NCBI GenBank assembly: GCA_038231455.1
Contig: JBBRLI010000016.1
Location: 9,257 to 73,256, forward strand
Direction: 5' to 3'
From: Vulcanimicrobiales bacterium
GTDB taxonomy: Bacteria; Vulcanimicrobiota; Vulcanimicrobiia; Vulcanimicrobiales; Vulcanimicrobiaceae
DNA: 64,000 nt
Both the position numbers and the translations under genes were made by a program. A model generated the notes under the pieces. The model did not search any database. It was not told the origin of the DNA and saw only the letters and a list, made by a program, of their open reading frames with translations. Below, piece after piece: positions 17,389 to 26,258 of the stretch. Every line of letters starts with the position of its first letter. The first letter of the stretch is position 1.

Positions 17389-18504
17389 TTAGAAAAAGCC
17401 GAATTCCGCATCGAGCGCGGCGTAGGCGAGCAGTCCGTCGCGCAAGTGGTAGAGTCGGCCGAAACCCGCCTCCCGCATGCGCTCGGCGGCCCAGCGTGAT
17501 TTTTGTCCGACTCGGCATGCGACCACGTAGGCTTGCGCCGTGTCGAGTTCGTGCATCCGACGTTCGAGTTCGCCGGAGGGGATCGCGATGGAATTGGGGA
17601 TTTCGCCCAGCACGCGTTCGTGCGGATCGCGAACGTCGAGCACGCGCGCGCCACTCTCCAGCATTGCATCGAGTTCGGCAGCATCGACTTCCGGAATCGT
17701 CGAGGGCGCCGCAGCCGACACCGATCGATCGAGTTCGCGAATCGTTGGCGAATCGCCGCAGAGCGGGCATGCCGGATCGCGCAAGATCCGCACCTCGCGC
17801 ACGCGGGCGTCGAGTGCGTCCACCAGCAAGAGCCGACCCGCAAGCGTCGTGCCGATCCCCAAGATCAGTTTGAGCGCTTCGTTTGCCTGCCACGTGCCGA
17901 TGATGCCGGCAAGGACGCCGAGCACACCGCCCTCCGCGCAACTCGGGACGAGATGCTCGGGCGGCGGTTCGGGAAAAAGACAGCGATAACACGGGCCGCC
18001 GGGCATGCCGAAGACCGAGACTTGTCCGTCAAACCGAAAGATCGAACCGTACACATCCGGCTTGCCTTCGAGCACGCATGCATCGTTGATGAGGTAGCGC
18101 GAGCCGAATGTGTCCGTTCCGTCGACCACGACGTCGTAGAGTCGCACGAGTTCGCGCGCGTTGGTCGCATCGAAGCGCACGCCGATCGGATCGATCGTGA
18201 CGTGCGGGTTGAGCGCACGCAAACGTTCGGCTGCAGCACGCACTTTGGGAACGCCGACTTCACCCGTGCTGTAAAGAATCTGCCGTTGCAGGTTGGTAAG
18301 ATCGACGGAGTCGTCATCGACGATGCCGATCCGGCCGATCCCCGCCGCCGCAAGATAGGCGAGCACGGGCGAGCCGAGTCCTCCGGCGCCGATGCAGAGC
18401 ACGCGCGCTGCGCGCAATTTTTCGACACCCGCAAGCCCCACTTCGGGGATCAGCAAATGTCGCGAGTAGCGGCGCAGTTCTGCGCGCGAGGGAACGCCGC
18501 TCAA
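17389..18504 (-). CDS. moeB: Molybdopterin-synthase adenylyltransferase with C-terminal rhodanese domain
   Basis: RYSRHLLIPEVG, GAGGLGS, CYRC, CPLC, LDVR...C rhodanese; TTG start in a TTGA overlap. Confidence 0.93.
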   Translation of the reverse strand: MSGVPSRAELRRYSRHLLIPEVGLAGVEKLRAARVLCIGAGGLGSPVLAYLAAAGIGRIGIVDDDSVDLTNLQRQILYSTGEVGVPKVRAAAERLRALNPHVTIDPIGVRFDATNARELVRLYDVVVDGTDTFGSRYLINDACVLEGKPDVYGSIFRFDGQVSVFGMPGGPCYRCLFPEPPPEHLVPSCAEGGVLGVLAGIIGTWQANEALKLILGIGTTLAGRLLLVDALDARVREVRILRDPACPLCGDSPTIRELDRSVSAAAPSTIPEVDAAELDAMLESGARVLDVRDPHERVLGEIPNSIAIPSGELERRMHELDTAQAYVVACRVGQKSRWAAERMREAGFGRLYHLRDGLLAYAALDAEFGFF

Positions 18505-19262
18505 AGCGGTGCGGCAGGTTCGGAGACGTCCGCTACGTTCGTCTCGACACGCGGATGGCGCGCGTTCAACCACGCAAGCACGGTCCCGCGCGCATGCTCC
18601 GCAGCCGTTGTGTGGTCGCTTGCAACGGTGGCAAACGTCTTGGGTTCGGGCGCACGCTCGACGAGTGCCTCGACGCTCGAGCGCGCCACCATCCCGTCGC
18701 GCTCGGCGGCACAATAGAGCACCGGACGACCCGCAAGCCGCGGCAATGCCTCCTCAAGCAGCGGCGCCCACTGCAATGCAATCTCCGGCAGTGCAAGACC
18801 ATCGACGTAGGACGATCGCAGATCGACGACGCCGCGCGCGCCGAGCGCATCGAGGGCACTCGGACGGCCCCAGCCCGTCGCAATCGACACGGCACCGGCG
18901 ATCGTCGCGTCCGCACCCGCCGTGCACAGTGCCGTGACGGCACCCATGCTGTGCCCGAGCGTGTAGATCGTGGTCGCGCCGCACGAGCGCGCGTAACGAA
19001 CCACTGCCGACATCGCATCGACCAGGTCGCCGGCGGAACGCAGCCGTCCGCCGCTGGAACCGAGTTTGTGACCGGGAAAATCCAAGCTCAAGACCGCGTA
19101 GCCGTGACTTGCGAGAAACGCGCAGAGCACATCGAGATTTTGTTTAGAACTCGAATACCCGTGGCCCGCAACGATCGTGACGGAACGGGCGCGGCGCGCT
19201 TCGTAAGCGAGCACGGCGATCTCGTTAGCACCGCCGGGGACGCGCCGCAGTTCGACGTTCAC
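18501..19262 (-). CDS. Alpha/beta hydrolase
   Basis: HGYSS, DFPGH, GHSMG nucleophile, D and H of the triad; GTGA overlap with moaE. Confidence 0.8.
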   Translation of the reverse strand: MNVELRRVPGGANEIAVLAYEARRARSVTIVAGHGYSSSKQNLDVLCAFLASHGYAVLSLDFPGHKLGSSGGRLRSAGDLVDAMSAVVRYARSCGATTIYTLGHSMGAVTALCTAGADATIAGAVSIATGWGRPSALDALGARGVVDLRSSYVDGLALPEIALQWAPLLEEALPRLAGRPVLYCAAERDGMVARSSVEALVERAPEPKTFATVASDHTTAAEHARGTVLAWLNARHPRVETNVADVSEPAAPL

Positions 19263-19681
19263 GGCGCGATCGTATTCGCACGCCACGTCGCATCGCCGTC
19301 GACGTAGTGCTCTTTTTTCCAGACCGGGACGCGGAGTTTCAATTGGTCGATGACGTACTCGCAGGCATCGAAGGCGACGCCGCGATGTGCGGATGCAGCG
19401 GCAATACCGACGCTCGCCTCACCAAGTGCGAGCGCACCGGTGCGATGCACGATCGCAACGTCCGCATCGAACCGGCTGCGGGCTTCAGTAGCAATGACCT
19501 GCATTTCGGAGAGAGCCATCGCCGGATACGCTTCGTACGTGAGACCGTCGACCGGCCGTTCATCGCCGGCGGACGTCGCGCGCACGACACCGAGAAACGT
19601 GACCACCGCGCCGCACGCGTCGGTGCGTACGGCGGCGACCAGCGCGTCGAGCGCGATCGGCGCCTCGACGACGGCGATCAT
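19259..19681 (-). CDS. moaE: Molybdopterin synthase catalytic subunit
   Basis: GAVVTFLGVVR, LTYEAY, HRTG, SAHR, PVWKKE. Confidence 0.96.
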   Translation of the reverse strand: MIAVVEAPIALDALVAAVRTDACGAVVTFLGVVRATSAGDERPVDGLTYEAYPAMALSEMQVIATEARSRFDADVAIVHRTGALALGEASVGIAAASAHRGVAFDACEYVIDQLKLRVPVWKKEHYVDGDATWRANTIAP

Positions 19682-19683
19682 CC

Positions 19684-19929
19684 CTATCCGCCGCCGACCG
19701 GCGGCATCAATGCGATCTCATCACCGTCAAAAAGCGCGGTCGTCTCCTCAGCAAGCACGCCGTTACGCGCGAAGCGCGTCGAGGGCCGCATCGCTGCTGC
19801 ATCCGGGCGTTCGGCGACCAACTGCTCCCAGAGCGTCGCCAGCGTCGCGCCATTCGGAAGAGCGCGTGATTGCGATGAGAAGCCGAAGAGTTCGCGCAGC
19901 CGAGCGAACGCGAGCACGTTGACCTGCAC
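19684..19929 (-). CDS. moaD: Molybdopterin synthase sulfur carrier
   Basis: VNVLAFARLRE...GDEIALMPPVGGG C-terminal GG; GTG 19929. Confidence 0.93.
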   Translation of the reverse strand: MQVNVLAFARLRELFGFSSQSRALPNGATLATLWEQLVAERPDAAAMRPSTRFARNGVLAEETTALFDGDEIALMPPVGGG

Positions 19930-19931
19930 GT

Positions 19932-20189
19932 CTAATAGCCGCCCAAATCCGTGGAGTACCCGCGCTCGGTGAGCCACGCACGGCTCTCGTCGTGTAGTCC
20001 GAGCAGATCGATCCGGCTGCACGTGAGTTTATGGAGCAGCGTATCCCAAAAATGCTGGTCCATATTGTAAATATCGTCCGGCACTTGGTTCTCCGTACGC
20101 GAGAATTCGCGCAAGGATTGCCAATCGCGACGCGTGAGGATATCGCGTAGTCGCGCTTCGTAATCGGGACTCGGCGAGACCGGGTTCAT
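19932..20189 (-). CDS. Small hypothetical protein (85 aa)
   Basis: MNPVSPSPDYEARLRDIL...GYSTDLGGY fills the gap between the Cof gene and moaD with 1-2 nt spacers. Confidence 0.65.
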   Translation of the reverse strand: MNPVSPSPDYEARLRDILTRRDWQSLREFSRTENQVPDDIYNMDQHFWDTLLHKLTCSRIDLLGLHDESRAWLTERGYSTDLGGY

Positions 20190-20190
20190 C

Positions 20191-20997
20191 TCAGGCCGTT
20201 TTGTTCTTACGCGAGATGATGAACTTCTCGAGCGCAAGCGCGACGCCGTCACGATCGTGCGAGGCCGTCACATAACGCACTTGATCTTTGACTTCGGGCA
20301 GCGCGTTTGCCATCGCAATGCCGATGCCGGCCCACTGCAGCATCGGGACGTCGTTGCGCGAATCGCCGATCGCAAGCACGCGATCGCGCGTGATGCCGAA
20401 ATCCGCGCAGAGCCGCGCGAGCGCCGGCTGTTTGCCGGCGTCGCGGCTGAGCACCGCACACTCGTGAAAATCCAGCCAGTGCTCGTACCGGAAGTTGAGC
20501 GGCAAATCGCCGAACTGCTTCTTCATCACTTCGACCGATTCGGCACCCAGAAATCGAATGAACGTTGGCGCTTCGGTGAGGATCGCCGCAAGGGATGGCG
20601 TATCGCGCCATGTTGGTCCCGTCATATCTTGCATGTAGATGCGCTCGCCTTCGAGCCGCCAGAACGTCTCTTCGATGTAGACGGCAATCGAGAGTCGCGC
20701 TGCCTCGGCAAACTCGATCATAGGTTTGGCGTACTGCAGCGGTACCGGAATATGCAGCAGCGTGCGATTGGCCTGAAAGTCCTTGGTGAGCGCACCGTGC
20801 GCGCAGATCACCGGCAAATTCAAATTCAGTTCGCGCGAGATGCGGATCGGCGTGTCGACGCCGCGTCCGGTGACGAGCACAACGCGAATACCCTCGGCGA
20901 GGCACTCGGTGATCGCGGCTTTATTGCGGGCGGAGACCGACTCGTCGGGACCCAGAAGCGTCCCGTCGAGATCGAGGGCGATGAGATCGATAGACAT
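20191..20997 (-). CDS. Cof-type HAD-IIB hydrolase
   Basis: LDLDGTLL, VTGR, AIGDSRNDVPM, MANA. Confidence 0.92.
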   Translation of the reverse strand: MSIDLIALDLDGTLLGPDESVSARNKAAITECLAEGIRVVLVTGRGVDTPIRISRELNLNLPVICAHGALTKDFQANRTLLHIPVPLQYAKPMIEFAEAARLSIAVYIEETFWRLEGERIYMQDMTGPTWRDTPSLAAILTEAPTFIRFLGAESVEVMKKQFGDLPLNFRYEHWLDFHECAVLSRDAGKQPALARLCADFGITRDRVLAIGDSRNDVPMLQWAGIGIAMANALPEVKDQVRYVTASHDRDGVALALEKFIISRKNKTA

Positions 20998-21563
20998 TAC
21001 TGGCCTTGGGATTCGGCGTCGAGCCGCATCTCCATCGTCAGAATGTCGACGCGTGGAATCCCCGCCCGCAGTTCGAGGTGATCGCGTAGCCAACCATGGC
21101 TCGGCGAGGCAAGCAAAGCCACGTAATCGAGGCTGTCATCTGCGGCCAGACGCCGGAGCGCCGTTTGGCGGAAACCAGCCGCTCGGTAGGCGGCGATCGC
21201 ACGCAGGTTGTAGCCCGCGACATCGAGCGTCAACGTGCGGAAGCCCTCACCAGCGAGTTGCCGGCCAAGCTCGACGATGACGCGCCGCCCGATGCCGCGC
21301 CCGATCACGCGTGGGTCGCTCGAGATACCGAGGTCCGCCGTCCCAAAGGTCGGATCGATTTTCCGCACGATCGCGTGCACCGCGAACGCTCCATCGAGCA
21401 GTCCTGCGAATTGCCGCGTGCGGGGGCGCGCGCTCAGGACATCCCAATAGGCATCGCACTCCGCGTCGCTGAGCGCGGGGACGTTGTAGGCGGTGAAGAG
21501 CGGATCGGTATGCCGGCCCCACGACCGCATCGCATCGAGGTCGGCGCGGCACATCGGACGCAC
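20997..21563 (-). CDS. GNAT acetyltransferase (RimJ/RimL-like); start uncertain
   Basis: DPRVIGRGIGRR motif A, LDVAGYNLRAIAAYRAAGF motif B; TAATG coupling to the Cof gene. Confidence 0.75.
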   Translation of the reverse strand: MRPMCRADLDAMRSWGRHTDPLFTAYNVPALSDAECDAYWDVLSARPRTRQFAGLLDGAFAVHAIVRKIDPTFGTADLGISSDPRVIGRGIGRRVIVELGRQLAGEGFRTLTLDVAGYNLRAIAAYRAAGFRQTALRRLAADDSLDYVALLASPSHGWLRDHLELRAGIPRVDILTMEMRLDAESQGQ

Positions 21564-21614
21564 CGTAATCTCGGGAGCGGAAACGAAGGTCGTGCTACAC
21601 TCGTTTCCATTACT

Positions 21615-21989
21615 ATGTTGCACGCGATCTCGGCCTTCGCCGTCGCTCTGGTCCTCACCGCCGCATCGGCGGCGTCGGCATCGTCCGACCGCTGCACGAA
21701 AGACGCATTAACGATCGAAGGCGTTCCGGTGATGGCGACGATCTGCGTCCCGGCGGGTGCCAGCGGATCGAAGGTCACCGTGAGCGAGACGCTCGTGGGA
21801 AGCGCGGGCACCCTCAACCATACCACCATCTTCGATTTGTTGCCCGCAGGCGTGTCGCGGACCGTCGACGACATCGTCCTCGAGAAGCTCGGCTCGAAGC
21901 GCACCTTGCACGTGACGCTCGCTTACCGCGAGGGGGTCGTGACGCTGGAACATGCCCTCTTACTGCCCGGAGCCATTCCCGTCAAGTAA
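21615..21989 (+). CDS. Small secreted hypothetical protein
   Basis: Signal peptide MLHAISAFAVALVLTAASAASA, two Cys, beta-rich. Confidence 0.65.
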   Translation: MLHAISAFAVALVLTAASAASASSDRCTKDALTIEGVPVMATICVPAGASGSKVTVSETLVGSAGTLNHTTIFDLLPAGVSRTVDDIVLEKLGSKRTLHVTLAYREGVVTLEHALLLPGAIPVK

Positions 21990-22160
21990 AATCGTTGGAG
22001 CGCCAGCCGGGTCCATCGCAACCTCTTGCCCGGACCAAGTTTTGTCGCTGGGGTAATGAAGCGCCGCTATATCGCCCACTCCTGTCCCAAAATCACCGAG
22101 TGTTGCGACTCGGTCCCCCGGTAGGTATCGCACGTGGCATGCACCGCGGTAAAAACCGAC

Positions 22161-23570
22161 ATGACGGCTCAGGAACGTGGCCGCTACCTCTATGAGAACA
22201 TCCCTCCGGGGCTCTTCCGAGCCGAAGGAATCGCGGATGGTTCCGTAGCCTGGCGAGTCTCTCCGGAGCCGTTTTCGCTCTCTCCGCAAACCGGTGCGGC
22301 GATCGAGGCGCTCGGTGCAGATCTGGTCACGTTTTACAAAGCGCTCAACGCCCTCTACTTACGCAGCGCGCGCGGCACAGCGCCGGACTTCATCGCGCAG
22401 TATCTGGATCAAGGCAAACCCGAGAACATCATCAAGCTTGCGCGGATGAATCGCTTTAAAGGCGATATCCCGCAGGTGATTCGTCCCGATCTCATTCTTA
22501 CCGAGGGCGGATTCATCGCAAGCGAACTCGACAGCGTGCCGGGCGGCATGGGATTCGTCGCGGCGATGGCATCGACGTACTGTGGGATCGGGCACGATAC
22601 GCTCGGCGGCGTCGACGGCATGCCGATGCGCTTTGCCGAGATGCTCGTTGCAACAGCCGGCAAACCGCAGCCGACGGTTGCGGTGGTCGTTTCGGATGAA
22701 TCCGCGGATTATCGCGGGGAACTTGGCTGGCTTGCCGGGCGCATCAATGCGCTGGGCACCGCGCGTGTCATCGTTTGCGCTCCGCCCGATATCGCTTTTA
22801 CCGAAGAGGCGCTTTTCTTCCGCGGCGAGGACGGCCGCGAAGAAAAGATCGACGTGCTCTACCGCAATTTCGAGCTGTTCGATTTGCTTAATATCCCCAA
22901 GCAGGATCTGATCTTGTACGCGGCGCGCCACAATCGCGTGAAAATGACGCCGCCTCCCAAAGCCCACCTCGAAGAAAAATTGACGTTCGCGCTGCTGCAC
23001 AATCCGCAGCTCGAAGCTTTATGGAAAACCGAGATGGGGGCGGAGGTCTACAACCGGCTCAAGACGATTTTCCCGCAGACTTGGGTGATCGATCCGCGCC
23101 CGCTTCCGCCGCAGGCCGCGATCAGCGGACTCACCGCAAGCGGAACGCCGGTGCGCGATTGGATGCAACTTGCGGCGCTCGGGAAGAGCGATCGCGACTA
23201 TGTCATCAAACCTTCGGGATTCTCGGAACTCGCGTGGGGATCGCGCGGCGTGCGCGTCGCAAACGACCTCACCAAAGATGCGTGGATTGCGGCGATCTCG
23301 GATGCCGTCACGGCGTACGATCGCACGCCGCACATCCTTCAGCGTTTCCACAAAGGCCGGCGCGTCGAGGTGACGTGGTTCGACCGTTCGAGCGGCGAGC
23401 TCAAACCGATGACCGGACGCGTGCGCCTCACGCCGTACTTCTTCGTTGTCGACGGCGCCGCGAAACTCGGCGGCGTGCTCGCCACGATCGCGCCGGCTGA
23501 CAAACGCCTGATCCACGGTATGAGCGATGCAATCATGGCACCCTGCGCGATCGTCGAGGGCGGCTATTAG
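22161..23570 (+). CDS. Circularly permuted ATP-grasp (glutathionylspermidine-synthase-like) ligase
   Basis: IRPDL...ELDSVPGG, IDVLYR, YVIKPSGFSELAWGSRGV, ILQRF, RVRLTPY. Confidence 0.7.
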   Translation: MTAQERGRYLYENIPPGLFRAEGIADGSVAWRVSPEPFSLSPQTGAAIEALGADLVTFYKALNALYLRSARGTAPDFIAQYLDQGKPENIIKLARMNRFKGDIPQVIRPDLILTEGGFIASELDSVPGGMGFVAAMASTYCGIGHDTLGGVDGMPMRFAEMLVATAGKPQPTVAVVVSDESADYRGELGWLAGRINALGTARVIVCAPPDIAFTEEALFFRGEDGREEKIDVLYRNFELFDLLNIPKQDLILYAARHNRVKMTPPPKAHLEEKLTFALLHNPQLEALWKTEMGAEVYNRLKTIFPQTWVIDPRPLPPQAAISGLTASGTPVRDWMQLAALGKSDRDYVIKPSGFSELAWGSRGVRVANDLTKDAWIAAISDAVTAYDRTPHILQRFHKGRRVEVTWFDRSSGELKPMTGRVRLTPYFFVVDGAAKLGGVLATIAPADKRLIHGMSDAIMAPCAIVEGGY

Positions 23571-23580
23571 CGCACCGGTG

Positions 23581-24246
23581 ATGTCGGGCGGGCGAATGAT
23601 TCTCCGCGGCCGGATCATCGGTTTCGGCGCGGCGATCCTCACCGCCGTCGCCGTTTTGATCTTCGCTCCGCACAGTTTTTCGGGCATCGCGCGCGACATC
23701 GCTGCCTACGATGCCGGCGCGATCGTGCTGCTCGTCGCGATCTACTCGCTGACGATGTCGGACGATGCCGATCGCACGCGAACGCGCGCGGGGACGGACG
23801 ATCCCGGCCGCTACATCGTGTTCTTCTCGATTCTGATTAGCTGCGCGATCGCGATGGGATCGGCGCTGCTCGTCCTCCCAAAGCCGCACAAATACGTGCA
23901 TGACTGGGAGACGCAGTTCGTGATGGTCTTGGGGATCATTGCGGTCGGCTGCGCCTGGACGCTCATCCACACCGCGATGTCCTTACGCTATGCACGCCTC
24001 TTCTACTACGACGACGGCGACGGCACCGGAATCGGCGGCCTCGAATTTCCGAAGACGCCCGCGCCCGACGACTACGACTTCATGTACTTCTCGTTTATCA
24101 TCGGGATGACGTTTCAGGTCTCCGACGTCTTGGTCACGGACCCCGCATTCCGGCGCCACGTGCTCTACCACAGCGTCATCTCGTTTGTGTTCAATACCGC
24201 GATCATTGCGCTGGGCGTGAACATCGTCTCAGGCCTCATCCATTAG
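23581..24246 (+). CDS. DUF1345 membrane protein
   Basis: YARLFY, GGLEFP, PDDYDFMYFSFIIGMTFQVSDV, HSVISFVFNT. Confidence 0.88.
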   Translation: MSGGRMILRGRIIGFGAAILTAVAVLIFAPHSFSGIARDIAAYDAGAIVLLVAIYSLTMSDDADRTRTRAGTDDPGRYIVFFSILISCAIAMGSALLVLPKPHKYVHDWETQFVMVLGIIAVGCAWTLIHTAMSLRYARLFYYDDGDGTGIGGLEFPKTPAPDDYDFMYFSFIIGMTFQVSDVLVTDPAFRRHVLYHSVISFVFNTAIIALGVNIVSGLIH

Positions 24247-24255
24247 GCCGCGGGT

Positions 24256-24684
24256 CTAACTCGGCGTGACGATATCCGCATTCGTACGCGAAGCATCGAT
24301 CCGAATCTGAACGCCGATGCCGCGTCCGAATGCAGCGAGCGGCACGTAAAGCGAATTGTTGAGCAGAAACGGCGATCCCGACAAACGCACTTTGCGACCT
24401 TGGACGACGCCAATCGGGCTGTTCACCGTAAAGGCGACGGAGTGCCCGCGAACGACGGTGCTGTACGTCTTGCCTTTGATGGACATCAAACCGCTGAACG
24501 TTTTGTTCAACAGAATCATATCCGCGTACACGACGCCGTTATGATTGAGCGCAACCACGCCGTTGCCGGCGACCGGTCGGCCGTCAAGGGTTAGCTTCAC
24601 CGACGTATTTGCGGCAAGTGCACTCGTGCCGAGCGCAGCGGCGAGGACCAGCGCGCTACCGATTGAAAAAATTCGTTGGATCAT
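24256..24684 (-). CDS. Secreted copper-amine-oxidase N-terminal (stalk) domain protein
   Basis: Signal peptide, LTLDGRPV, PFLLNNSLYVPL motif; ATGA-coupled to phoU. Confidence 0.7.
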   Translation of the reverse strand: MIQRIFSIGSALVLAAALGTSALAANTSVKLTLDGRPVAGNGVVALNHNGVVYADMILLNKTFSGLMSIKGKTYSTVVRGHSVAFTVNSPIGVVQGRKVRLSGSPFLLNNSLYVPLAAFGRGIGVQIRIDASRTNADIVTPS

Positions 24685-25316
24685 GCAACTCCGAGCATCT
24701 CTTTAGTATGCCAGGCAATGTTTTGCGCGCGGTCGCCGACCCGTTCGAGGGAAGCGAGCACGAAGAGCAAGAGCGTCCCAGCCCGCACAAGCTCCGGGTC
24801 TGCTTGCATCTCTTCCTGCAATGCCTCGATGCCGCGCCGGTAGAGGTTGTCCACCTCGTCGTCCTGATGGATCACGACATCCGCAATAGCGACGTCGTTT
24901 TCCCGGTACCCGCGCATCGTCTCGGAGAGCATCGTCTCCGCGACGGCAGCGATGCGGCCGATCTCAACGCGCGCGGGGCGTAGCGGAACGTCGATGAGCT
25001 TGATTGCGTTCTTTGCGATGTCGACGGCGTAATCGCCGATCCGCTCGAGATCGGTAACGATCTGCAGCATCGTTGCGATCGCGCGCAGTTCGCCTGCGAC
25101 GGGCTGCTGTTTCCAGATCAGCTCGATACAGCGTGCTTCGATTTTGCGACGCAGTTCGTCCATCTCATCATCGCCCGCGATGACGCGCGCGGCAAGCGCC
25201 GAGTCGCGCCGCTCGAGCGCGGCGGTAGAAGCGTGGATGGCGTCGGTGGCAAGCGCACCGAGCCGGACGACGTCGAGACGCGTATTTTCGAGCGTCTCAT
25301 GGTAAGCCATTCGCAT
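24681..25316 (-). CDS. phoU: Phosphate signalling protein PhoU
   Basis: QQPVAGELR, DLERIGDYA, DDEVD, LERVGDRAQNIA repeats. Confidence 0.95.
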   Translation of the reverse strand: MRMAYHETLENTRLDVVRLGALATDAIHASTAALERRDSALAARVIAGDDEMDELRRKIEARCIELIWKQQPVAGELRAIATMLQIVTDLERIGDYAVDIAKNAIKLIDVPLRPARVEIGRIAAVAETMLSETMRGYRENDVAIADVVIHQDDEVDNLYRRGIEALQEEMQADPELVRAGTLLLFVLASLERVGDRAQNIAWHTKEMLGVA

Positions 25317-25451
25317 AGTTCGTTTATAACACCGATCTTTGGGCTGGGCCTCTCGCCTGATGGCCCCGGCTCCTTGGAGGGGAGCGCGAAGCGACGAACC
25401 TAGATTAGAGGCAAGACATTATCGTTTTCATAATGATTGGGGATTTTTGCG

Positions 25452-26258
25452 GTGAGTACTACGGACTTTGACGCTCTCGAGACGGTTGCCGTCCAGATCG
25501 ACGGGGCGATCGGAACGATCACCCTCGATCGACCCAAGGTGCTCAACGCCCTCAATCGACAACTGCTCGCCGAGCTCGGCTCGGCACTTGCGGCGCTCGA
25601 AGACGACCCGAGCATCCGCGCTATCATCGTAACGGGGCGCGGCGAAAAAGCGTTCGCCGCCGGGGCCGACATCGGTGAACTCGGCGCGCTGCCCTCGGCG
25701 GTTGAGGGCGCAGCCCAAGCACGCCGCGGTCAGGCGATCACGCTTCAGATGGAGCGGATGCGCACGCCGATAATCGTCGCGGTGAACGGATTTGCGCTCG
25801 GCGGCGGCTGCGAAATTGCCATGGGCGGCGACATCCGCATCGCCGCGTTGACCGCGAAATTTGGCCAGCCGGAGGTCAATCTCGGGCTGATCCCCGGCTA
25901 CGGTGGAACCCAGCGAATGGCGCGGCTGCTAGGTCGCGGTGCGGCAATGTACCTCTGCCTCACCGCAGAGATGATCGATGCACCCGAAGCCTTGCGGCTG
26001 GGCCTGGTCCAAAAAGTCGTCCCGCTCGCCGGGCTGATGCACGAAGCCCAGCGCATCGCGCAATTGATCGCCGCGAAAGCTCCGCTTGCGATCGCCGCAA
26101 CGAAGGCCGCGATCAACGACGGTTTGGGTGCGGCTTCGATCGGCGAGGGGCTTGCAATCGAAGCGCTCCACTTCGGGTCGATGGTGAATACGGAAGATTT
26201 CGCCGAGGGCACGAAAGCATTTCTCGAAAAGCGCGCGGCGGTCTTTACCGGTCGCTAA
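25452..26258 (+). CDS. Enoyl-CoA hydratase/isomerase
   Basis: LDRPKVLNAL, FAAGADI, NGFALGGGCE, QPEVNLGLIPGYGGTQR. Confidence 0.93.
   Translation: MSTTDFDALETVAVQIDGAIGTITLDRPKVLNALNRQLLAELGSALAALEDDPSIRAIIVTGRGEKAFAAGADIGELGALPSAVEGAAQARRGQAITLQMERMRTPIIVAVNGFALGGGCEIAMGGDIRIAALTAKFGQPEVNLGLIPGYGGTQRMARLLGRGAAMYLCLTAEMIDAPEALRLGLVQKVVPLAGLMHEAQRIAQLIAAKAPLAIAATKAAINDGLGAASIGEGLAIEALHFGSMVNTEDFAEGTKAFLEKRAAVFTGR

Noticed and set aside
25410..25440. Fur-box-like sequence between phoU and the enoyl-CoA hydratase
   Set aside because: Only about 12 of 19 positions match and it overlaps a probable -10 element; neighbours are not iron genes.
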